Positions 8,050 through 16,700 of a stretch of 64,000 nt of DNA are shown one piece after another; positions within the stretch are counted from its first letter, which is position 1; every line of letters begins with the position of its first letter. This DNA is from Elusimicrobiota bacterium (GTDB taxonomy: Bacteria; Elusimicrobiota; Elusimicrobia; UBA1565; UBA9628): positions 31,677 to 95,676 of the forward strand of contig JACRDS010000013.1 of the NCBI GenBank assembly GCA_016212825.1. The letters are read 5' to 3'. A program made the position numbers and the translations under genes. Under the pieces are notes generated by a model that was not told the DNA's origin, ran no database searches, and saw only the letters and a list, made by a program, of their open reading frames with translations.

Positions 8050-9279
8050 ATGACGACGAAACAGATTGAGACATCTGCGCTCAAAACAGGCCTCCAGTGG
8101 TCGCTTTATGACTTTGGGAACTCCGCCTATGCGCTAAACATTATCACGCTTTTTTTCCCGCTCTACTTCAGTTCGTTTGTGTCCAGCAACCCCGCAACAT
8201 GGAGCCGAACAGTTGCCGTCTCCATTCTGGCTTCCGCTTTGATTGCGCCAATAGCAGGGTATTTTGCGGACCGATACTCGGCCCGGAGAATCTCACTGAT
8301 TGCCTTCGCGTCCCTCGCGGTGGTTGGCACTTTGTTGCTTGGCTTCACCACCTCGTCCGCGGAAACGACAATCATATTCATCGCTACTAACATAGCTTTC
8401 TACGTAAGCACGTCCTTTTACGATGCGATCCTGGTCACTATTGCGCGTGATCGTCGCACCTTCACGTCAGGTTTGGGCTGGGCGATCGGCTACTTTGGCG
8501 GGCTGCTCTGCCTTGGCTTCTGTTATCTCATGCTCGGCTCACAAATGCCCACAAACCAGGGCGATTTCCTAAAAGTCTTTTTTTTGACAGGCCTGTTTTA
8601 CATGGTCAGCTCCCTATTTTTCTTCCGCAATCTCTCCCCCGATTCCGATGCGCATGCCGCTTCCTTGGCAGTGAGCCGAAGCGACATGGCTGGGATGGGC
8701 AGTGATTTCCGCGGCCCTCTTCTTTATGTGCTAATTGGGAGTTTCCTAGTGATGGAGGGGGTCACCACAATCGTTTATTTCACTGCAATCTACGCGAGCA
8801 GCACGTTGCATTTTTCAATCGGCCGAATCGCAGGATTACTTTCCCTCACCCAATTGATTGCGGCACCCGCTACCTATTTGATTTGCCGCTATGCGGAACG
8901 GCGGCAGAACGAATTCACTATCCTGATCATGTGCAATGTCGTTTGGCTTTTGCTTGCCTTGGCGATGTTTAAGTTCCGCTCCCCTTTGGCCTATATCGGA
9001 ATCGCCTGCCTGACAGGTCTCGTTATTGGGACTTCACCCGCATTGTTGCGTGCCTGCCTCTCGAAAATCACTCCGCCGCATCGGCGCGGATCGATTTTTG
9101 GGTTTAGCCTGCTCTGTAGTCGCGCCGCATCCGTAGTCGGGCCGCTTGTCTTCGGCTTGGTGGCTAGCAAATTCAGTGCGCCCGTTGGGATGTTGAGCGT
9201 GATTCCATTTTTTGTGCTTGGTTCAATCATCTTGTTCTCGGCTTCAGTCAAGATTTCAGCACTCCAAACTCATGCCTAA
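8050..9279 (+). CDS. MFS-type transporter
   Basis: 409 aa with ~12 predicted helices and a DRYSARR-type loop between TM2 and TM3 that resembles the MFS signature. Confidence 0.75.
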   Translation: MTTKQIETSALKTGLQWSLYDFGNSAYALNIITLFFPLYFSSFVSSNPATWSRTVAVSILASALIAPIAGYFADRYSARRISLIAFASLAVVGTLLLGFTTSSAETTIIFIATNIAFYVSTSFYDAILVTIARDRRTFTSGLGWAIGYFGGLLCLGFCYLMLGSQMPTNQGDFLKVFFLTGLFYMVSSLFFFRNLSPDSDAHAASLAVSRSDMAGMGSDFRGPLLYVLIGSFLVMEGVTTIVYFTAIYASSTLHFSIGRIAGLLSLTQLIAAPATYLICRYAERRQNEFTILIMCNVVWLLLALAMFKFRSPLAYIGIACLTGLVIGTSPALLRACLSKITPPHRRGSIFGFSLLCSRAASVVGPLVFGLVASKFSAPVGMLSVIPFFVLGSIILFSASVKISALQTHA

Positions 9280-10159
9280 TTCTTCGCTTCCAAGCGACAT
9301 CCTGCGATTTGGTTTGGCTCATGAGGTTGCGCGCGCGCGGGAAACCCGCGGGGCTGTCTTGGCTGAAATCCTCGACTACGCTTTGACCGATGGGGTCGGG
9401 AACTACGGCGGCTCGCTGTCCCGGGGTTCGCTAGCCTTGCTTCTATCTGGACAAACGACAGCGCAGGCTTGCGATTTTGGCCTTGGTATCGAACTCCTGC
9501 ACCATGCAACCTTATGCGTTGATGACTTGGTCGACCTCGGCGTGAGTCGACGAGAAAAGCTCGCAGTATGGCGGCGTTTTTCGCGGGAGTCGGCGGTCTT
9601 GCTATCCCACTACCTAACCAATCGAAGCCAAGGGCTTTTCGCGGCTAACCTCTCTTCGGAAAACAATGCGCAGGCTAGCACCTTGGTCGAGAAGATGGTC
9701 TCGGCCGAATTGCAGATTCGCACTCAATTACCCAAGAATCTCATTGATTATTCTCATCTCGTCAGTCACAAAACCGGTGCGCTCTATGCGATCGCCGGTC
9801 TGGGCATTACCCTGAATCCCGCAGTGTCCTTCGATCCGCTAATTTTGACTGCTTTCGAGGACATTGGCAGCGCCCGCCAAATTCGTGACGATCTCGCGGA
9901 TGCCGCTATAGTCACGCATCAACTGTTCCTCGACCCTGCGGCTCACCAGCGCGATATGGAGAGAGCCTTTGGTCTTGGCTGTAAACTCCTTGCCTTGAAA
10001 AACGACTTGGTCGTGCTCCAGCACGAGCTTGCAGAAAGTGCACTGAGGGCGATCTCTGCCGCCCTTGTTAATCATCCCGAGCACGAACCCATTCTTGGCT
10101 TGCTGCGGATGGTCGCCTACGGAACTGCGTCTGTAGCACGCGCGGATTTGGTGGCGTAG
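9272..10159 (+). CDS. polyprenyl synthetase / isoprenoid synthase family protein
   Basis: Two Asp-rich motifs, LHHATLCVDDLVD...RR and RQIRDDLAD. ATG at 9272 overlaps the MFS stop by 8 nt. Confidence 0.7.
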   Translation: MPNSSLPSDILRFGLAHEVARARETRGAVLAEILDYALTDGVGNYGGSLSRGSLALLLSGQTTAQACDFGLGIELLHHATLCVDDLVDLGVSRREKLAVWRRFSRESAVLLSHYLTNRSQGLFAANLSSENNAQASTLVEKMVSAELQIRTQLPKNLIDYSHLVSHKTGALYAIAGLGITLNPAVSFDPLILTAFEDIGSARQIRDDLADAAIVTHQLFLDPAAHQRDMERAFGLGCKLLALKNDLVVLQHELAESALRAISAALVNHPEHEPILGLLRMVAYGTASVARADLVA

Positions 10160-10810
10160 CGCAGTCTCGCGTTCGGAAGCGCCCCATGCGATCCCGAACT
10201 GCGCCGTGGCCAACTTGTAGATATTTGGTGGTTCGAATCGACCTTGCTAGCAGCCGAGGCCTCTTGAAGAACACGATGTCCCTTGGCCTTGGACCGCTTG
10301 GGTTTAGAGCACCTAACAAAACCACCTCTGGATGAAATTCCAGCAGATGAACGCACAGCCAATCCGGACGAAGGCCATGTAGATGTCGTCTCGCCGTTCG
10401 ACAAGGCTCTTTCCGCACGGCTTTTCGCGGGCTGCATCAAGAACTATTTGAGCAGTTGAGATCTCATTCATGAATGTCTCGGCCTAACGATAGAGTCACT
10501 CGATCTTTGTAGCACGGGTCTCGAAACGATCGTCAATGAAGATTGTATCTGAGCCGCCTACATTTGGCAACGGGAAAGAGGCTCCACTTCCCAGGATATA
10601 CTGCAAAAGCGGCCCAGGTATCACGTCGGCCTTCCCATCAGCCTATTCGCCACGCGGTCCTCGACCCGGAGCGGGTGCTGCGGACCGCGCGACTTCGATT
10701 TGAGATTCCGATATGCCGATCTGGCTGATGGCGTCCGACCCAGAGTAGTTGTGTGGCTCCGCTATGTGTCTCGCCTGGCCCTATAGCGCCTTCTCCGCAT
10801 TTTTCAGTGT

Positions 10811-11083
10811 CGCACCTCTCCTCGGGACCCAGGAGCGCCGGCCTCCCGGGCTTGCGGCATAAACGGCCCTCCCCTCCGACGGCCTGAAAATCCGGCCCAA
10901 CCCCCGCCGTGCGTTTCTTTGTTGGCGTTTATTGGGCCCCGGATTTTCAGGCAGCCCGGCTGCGCCGGGGCGGTCAGCTCGGCTGCGCCGAGGACCGCCG
11001 CCTGGTGGGGCCCCGCCATTTATTCCGCGCCCGCGCGGCGCGGCCTCGGGTCCCTCGCCCTCCGGGTGGGCGGAGGTGCGAAC
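10811..11083. repeat. hairpin-rich non-coding module, copy 2 (inverted relative to 6141-6413)
   Basis: Reverse complement aligns with 6141-6413. It ends in GGAGGTGCGAAC immediately before the ATG at 11084. Confidence 0.7.
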
Positions 11084-11491
11084 ATGAAAAAAGACTTCGA
11101 AGGAGCAAAGCAGGGCGGCCAGCCGGCGACGGCGGCCTCAAGCAAGCAGCACTACTACATCCCGTCCTACAGCGTCCGCCTGGTCCGCGAGACGTTCGTC
11201 CGGGCCGAGAGCAAGCTGGCGGACAGCCCGCAACGCGTGGTGGACATCATCCGGGCCTATTGGGGTGACGGGGAGTTGGACCGCGAGCACCTGGTCTGCT
11301 TGATGCTGAATGCGCGCTCCCAGTGCATGGCCATCAACACGATCAGCGTGGGCACGTTGACCGCCAGCTTGGTGGCGCCCCGCGAGGTTTTTAAACCTGC
11401 CGCAATCTTGGGCGCGGCTGGACTTGTCCTCTGCCATAATTTATGTGAAGCTTCACATAAGTTATGTTATGTGGAGCGCCGAGTTATGTGA
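11084..11491 (+). pseudogene. RadC-like gene, 3'-truncated
   Basis: N-terminal and linker regions are RadC-like (REVFKPAAILGAAGLVLCHN). Similarity breaks inside the HNHP motif at about 11439, where unrelated AT-rich sequence begins. Confidence 0.65.
11441..11491. repeat. 20-bp perfect palindrome plus TTATGTG heptamer repeats at the RadC truncation junction
   Basis: TTATGTGAAGCTTCACATAA (11441-11460) is self-complementary. TTATGTG recurs at 11467 and 11484. Confidence 0.5.
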
Positions 11492-11536
11492 ACTCGCGGG
11501 CGTTTGGGCTCATGCTGACTGGTATGCGCCCCGTTC

Positions 11537-12367
11537 TCAGGACAGCTTGACCCCATTCTTGTGTAGGGCTTGACCGGTTCCGATATTGAACTCCATCTGC
11601 TGCTCGAATTCAACCGGCGGCAGATAGCCTAGCGACGAATGCAACCGCTTCTTGTTGTAGACCTCCTCGATGAAACGCGGCAGTCTCTCGACGACATCTT
11701 CGTGGGTCTCGTAGTTCCCGAGATAGACCTCCTCGTATTTGAGCGTCTTCATGAAGCTCTCGGCCGCGGCGTTGTCATAGGGGTTCCCCGCCCGCGACAT
11801 GCTCGGCCGCAGTCCCCAAGCCTGCAGCAGGGCCACGTAATCCCCGCAGGCATACTGCACCCCTTGATCCGAGTGGTGGATGCAGCCAGGAGGCGCCTGG
11901 CGGGCCTCCAGGGCATGCCTGAGCGCTCCCAGCGCCAGCTGGGCGTCGATGCGCTTCGACACGGACCAGCCGATGACCCGTCGGGAATGCAGGTCCAGGA
12001 TCACGGCCAGGAACACGAACCCCGTCAGGATCCGGATGTAAGTAATGTCCGCCACCCAGACTTGGTTGAGCCCGGTGGTGACCAGTCCCCTCAGGAGGTT
12101 GGGATACCTCGGGAAGGGATGCTGCGAGTCGGTGGTGCGCACGAAGGCCCGCGGCCGGATCGGGAAGAGCCCGTATTGGCGCATGACGCGCCTGACGCGT
12201 TTCCCGTTGATGTGGATTCCCTGGCGCCCGAGCTCCACCTGGAGGCGCCGATAGCCGTAGGCCGGCAGCTCGAGATGGATCGCATCGATGCGGTCCTTGA
12301 GTTCGACGTCTGCCACCACACGGGCCCCGCTGGACCGGTAGTAGTATCCGCTTGTCGAGAGGCCCAC
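11537..12367 (-). CDS. IS3-family transposase OrfB (DDE integrase core)
   Basis: Typical rve domain with HSDQGVQYA, a [11 protein letters not shown] block and a C-terminal [10 protein letters not shown]. Probably expressed as an OrfAB fusion. Confidence 0.85.
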   Translation of the reverse strand: MGLSTSGYYYRSSGARVVADVELKDRIDAIHLELPAYGYRRLQVELGRQGIHINGKRVRRVMRQYGLFPIRPRAFVRTTDSQHPFPRYPNLLRGLVTTGLNQVWVADITYIRILTGFVFLAVILDLHSRRVIGWSVSKRIDAQLALGALRHALEARQAPPGCIHHSDQGVQYACGDYVALLQAWGLRPSMSRAGNPYDNAAAESFMKTLKYEEVYLGNYETHEDVVERLPRFIEEVYNKKRLHSSLGYLPPVEFEQQMEFNIGTGQALHKNGVKLS

Positions 12368-12717
12368 TATGCCGCATCCTTGCGAAACCGATGCCAGTTT
12401 AGCCCGGTTATCGTCGACGAATCGGCGCTTTTCAGCCGTCGTGCGTATGCTTCGAGTTTTTTTAAAAGGTCGATCTCCATCGTCAGTGAACCGACCTTCT
12501 CGCGAAGCTCCCGGACTTCTTTCTCCAGGCTTTTCTCTCGGACGGAGGGCTGGCCATCGAGCGCCCCATCTTTAAGCTGCTCGCGCCAACGGCTGATGGC
12601 TGTCGCCGAGATCGAATACTTCCGGGCGGCTCCCGTCAACGACACCTGCCCAGATTCGATCTCTGAAACGATATGCTTCTTCAACTCCGGCGGGAAAGAC
12701 CGTCTCTTCTTTGGCAT
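12367..12717 (-). CDS. IS3-family transposase OrfA (HTH)
   Basis: [17 protein letters not shown]...[18 protein letters not shown] is the IS3/IS911 HTH_Tnp_1 pattern. The leucine-zipper-like end contains the slippery site. Confidence 0.8.
   Translation of the reverse strand: MPKKRRSFPPELKKHIVSEIESGQVSLTGAARKYSISATAISRWREQLKDGALDGQPSVREKSLEKEVRELREKVGSLTMEIDLLKKLEAYARRLKSADSSTITGLNWHRFRKDAA
12457..12463 (-). other. programmed -1 frameshift slippery heptamer A AAA AAA
   Basis: The minus strand reads TTA AAA AAA CTC in the orfA frame. The orfB frame is -1 relative to orfA (checked by coordinate arithmetic). Confidence 0.6.
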
Positions 12718-13066
12718 TTCCAGCTCCTTTTCAGCAGACATTTTACCATGCCTCCTTTCGGGAGCCGGTCTGAGGCCATCACAAAAACGACATCAATCTA
12801 TCCAGTCCAAGGGCGCAGTCCAGCCAGCATTTTGGTGCATATCTACAATCGTTCCATCTTGGTTGGGCCGCCGCTAACAAAATCCAGCGATGAGTGTTGG
12901 CTGCATATTCTTGGAGTCCTCCTATTTTCCGGCTACTTCATTGGCATTGGCATCGGGATTCTAGAGGTTCTTAAAGCACGACTTCTTTGTGCGCAATTTT
13001 CACGAGCCCATGGTCAGGCACCTCAATTCGGAGATAGTACAACGACTGGCATGAAGGAGCAGGGCG

Positions 13067-13798
13067 ATGATTAATTTGGGATCCCGACCGCCGAGTGTGA
13101 GGGGAAGTTTGTTCGCATTGATTGTGCTGGCCGTCCCTGGCTGGTCCGCAACTCCGCAAGCCGATTCAACCGATCTCCGCCGCCAGCAACTCATCAAGGC
13201 CCAGAACCTCGTCATCGTCGACGTCCGCGACCCCGACTCCTACGCCAAGGGCCACATCCAAGGCGCAAAAAGCATTCCCGCCCACTCCCTCGCAACAGCC
13301 CAACTCCCCCGCGACTCCCGGATCGTCATCTATTGCGGCGAAGACGCCTGCTCCCTCGGCGCCCAAGCCAGCCAAAGCCTCATCGCCGCAGGCTACACCA
13401 AGGTCCAGACTTTGGCCGGCGGCTTTGCCGACTGGCTCAAACACGGCTACCCCGCCCAGACCGGCACACCCAACACTCCCCAGGCCAAACACGACCGCAT
13501 CACCGCCAAAGCGGCCCAAGCTCGCCTCGACAAAGAACAGCTCATCCCCATCGATACCCGCCCCAGCCTCGAATACTTAGCCGGCCGCATACCCCGCAGC
13601 CGCAACATCCCATTGGAACAATTCGACGCCAACATCGCCGGCCTCGCCAAGGACAAGGAATACCTCGTCTACGACCGAGACCCCAAGCGCAGCAAGCTCG
13701 CCGCAGACAAGCTCATATCAGCCGGCTATAAGACCCTGGAACTCTCGGGCGGCTGGGCCGCCTGGGTCAAGACCAAGCAGCCCGTGGAGATCAGATAG
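13067..13798 (+). CDS. secreted tandem rhodanese-domain protein
   Basis: Signal peptide followed by two rhodanese-like domains. The first has a Cys loop (IYCGEDACS). The second has Asp in the catalytic position (VYDRDPKRS). Confidence 0.75.
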   Translation: MINLGSRPPSVRGSLFALIVLAVPGWSATPQADSTDLRRQQLIKAQNLVIVDVRDPDSYAKGHIQGAKSIPAHSLATAQLPRDSRIVIYCGEDACSLGAQASQSLIAAGYTKVQTLAGGFADWLKHGYPAQTGTPNTPQAKHDRITAKAAQARLDKEQLIPIDTRPSLEYLAGRIPRSRNIPLEQFDANIAGLAKDKEYLVYDRDPKRSKLAADKLISAGYKTLELSGGWAAWVKTKQPVEIR

Positions 13799-16700
13799 AT
13801 GAGCCCCAAAGGCCTTAGACGCCTCGGCCTCGCAAGCGCAGCTTCAGCGCTCTGCCTCGCCCTGCCCGTCATCAAGGCCCTCGGCCAGACCAACTCCCTG
13901 TGCGCCGTCGTCAAACTCGAGATCAAGCAACAGGCCACCCTGGAGCGCGAAGGCTTCGACGCCCATCTCGTCATAGAGAACAACGTCATAGACCAACCCC
14001 TCACCAGCCTCAAGGTCCAGATCTACTTCAAGGACGCCGAAGGCAACCCTGCGGACCAAAGCTTCTTCGTCAAGGTCGCCACACTCACCGGCACCAACGC
14101 CGTAGACGGCACCGGCGTCGTCCAATCCTCCGGCACAGCCGACATCCACTGGCTCATCATCCCCGCCGCCGGCGCAGGCGGCAACAACCCAGCCGGCCAC
14201 CGCTACGGCGTCAGCGCGCTCATCACCAGCGTATCCAATGGCGCGCCCCAATCCGTCAAGACCTTCGACGCCTACATCACCGTCCACCCCCAGCCCCTCA
14301 TCAAGCTCGAATACGCCCTGCCCTACGAAGTCTTTGGCGACGAGCCCATGACCGAAGGCAGCATTGAGCCTGTCGAGCCCTTCCCATTGGCCGCACGCGT
14401 CACCAACATCGGCTACGGCGCCGCCAACAACTTCCAGATAGAATCCGCCCAGCCAAAGATCGTTGAGAACAAGCAGGGCCTCCTCGTGGACTTCAAGCTC
14501 ATCGGCACCCAGGTGGGGGGCAAGACCATCCCCGACACCTTGCTCATCCCCTTCGGCGACATCCAGCCCGGCGCCGTCAGCCAAGCCTCCTGGCTCATGA
14601 CCGCCACTCTCTCCGGACGGTTCATCTCCTTCACATCCACCTTCAGCCACGCCGCCGAGTTGGGCGGCCAGCTCACCTCCCTCATGCAGAGCGTCACCAC
14701 TTATACGCTCCTTAGGGACGTGCTGGTGGACCTGCCCGGCCGCGACCAAGTTCCCGACTATCTGGTCAATACCAGCATGGACCGCGAAGCCATGCAGGAC
14801 CTCCTCAATAGCGGAAGCCAGCCTCCGGCCGAGTTGATATTGGAGTCCGACCAAGCCCAGCCCCTGCCCGTCACCGAAGTCCCAGGCAGCCTCTCCGGCG
14901 GCATCGGAGGCACTAGCGCGGCACTCACCTATACCATGACTGGGGCTGTCGGCTCCAACATCTGGGTGCACAGCTACGCTCCCTGGCCCTACGGAAAGAA
15001 CGTCGTCCTGGCCTATGCCAAGCGCGGCGACGGCAAGCTGCTCAACACCAAGAACGTCTGGATCTCCAAGCACTTCCGCAAGTCCGACCTCTCCACCATA
15101 TACTGGATCAACATTCTCGACCTCACCGGCTCGACCAACACCTACACCCTCCAATTCGACCCCGCCGGACTGGACCTGCCGCCCGGTGCGGTCACGGACC
15201 TGGCCGCGGCCACCTACCCAAGCGGCGGCAGTCTGGCCCTATCCTGGAGCTCTCCCGGCGAGGACGGCTACACAGGCCAGCTCTTCGGCGGCCACGTCTT
15301 CATCGACGCCCAGCTCAGTTCGGCCGCGGCTTTCTCCCCGGCCAACTCCCAGGTGCGCTTCGCCACCAGCGCCGCCGCCGGCGGCTCCCAGACTTATCTG
15401 GCATCTGGCTTTATCGGAAACGCCACCTACTATGCTGCCATCTTCATACAGGACACCGGTGGCGGCATGTCCGGCCTCTCCAACCTGGCCACGGCCTATA
15501 CCCTGCCCAATCCTCCGCTGAACCTGGCCATATCATCCGTGTCGGCCTTCTCCATCGCCGCCAACTGGCAGGTCGGCAACAACAGCCTGCCCGTCACCTA
15601 TAGCCTCGGCATCTCCACGGCCATGGGCGGCGCCATCGTGGCCGCAAGCCCGCCCCAGGACTCCTTCAACCGCAGCTACACCTTCACCGGCCTCTTGCCC
15701 GGCACCACTTACTTCATCTATGGCTCGGCCAAGAATCCCGACAGCAGCGTGACCTCGCCCTTCTCCTTCATGGGTTCCACCCAGACTTTGCCCGGCCCGC
15801 GCGATGCCTTGCCGCCCAGGACCGCTTTGGCCGTGAACAGCCCGTCCGCGACAGGGGCGGACAACGTCCTGATCGTAGGCCGCGTCTCCACGTTCACCTT
15901 GACCTCCCTCGATGACGCCCTGGCCGTGGGCGACGGCACGGGCATGGGCACGGCCTTCCAGGTCCTGGCCGTTGACGGAATGGTCCGGCCCACCTTCACC
16001 AACCCCAGCCCGGCCCCAGGCCAGGTCTTTGCCAGCACGTTCTCCTTGGCTTCTGAGGCGGACGGCCTCTATGTGCTCGCCTACCACGGTGAGGATAGCC
16101 TGGGCAACCGCGAGGATGTCCATCTGGCCACCGTGGCCGTGGACAACACTCCGCCTGCCGCAGTCCTCACTTCCCCATCTTCAGCCTGCCAGGGCCTCTG
16201 CGGCGTGGTCAAGGGACGGCTCGATGTTCGCGGCTCGGCGGCGGATGAGCATCTTGCCTATTGGAGCCTGGAGGTGTCCTCGGGCGCTGACTATGCGCTC
16301 ATCTCCTCGGGAACGGCCGCATCCTCAGGCACTTTGGCGGTCTGGGACACGGTCGGCCTCACCGGTTGGCAGACCCTGCGCCTCACAGCCGTTGACGCGG
16401 TCCTCAACGTTGCGGTAGCCACCGCCTCTGTGTTCCTGGGCGAGCCTTCCGCTACCCTCATCCTGGGCGACAATACCGTATTCAATAAGCCCGCAGGCGT
16501 GGCCGTGGGCATGGACGGCAAGATCTACGCGGCTGACGCCAACAACGACCGCGTGGCCGTGTTCAGTGCCACAGGGACCTTCCTGGCGTCCTTCACAGGA
16601 TTCAAGAAGCCCAAGGCTGTCGCGGTGGATGCTTCCGGCAGCATCTTCGTGGCCGATACCAACGGCAGCAGCTTGGTCAAGCTCTCCACCTCAGGCCAGA

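Larger units (their letters stand above)
11513..12829 (-). mobile_element. IS3-family insertion sequence (~1.3 kb)
   Basis: Imperfect terminal inverted repeats TGCTGACTGGTATGCGCCCC and TGCTGGCTGGACTGCGCCCT match at 16 of 20 positions. orfA (HTH) and orfB (DDE integrase core) are in -1 frameshift arrangement. I found no clear target-site duplication. Confidence 0.8.

Noticed and set aside
10919-11083. N-terminal extension of the second RadC-like ORF (track start 10919)
   Set aside because: The extension runs through the repeated non-coding module. A strong SD (GGAGGTG) precedes the ATG at 11084, mirroring the copy-1 arrangement.
13100-13800. Pro/Arg-rich alternative-frame ORFs over the rhodanese gene (13122..13580, 13333..13731)
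   Set aside because: These are frame shadows of the rhodanese gene, which has clear domain motifs and a signal peptide.
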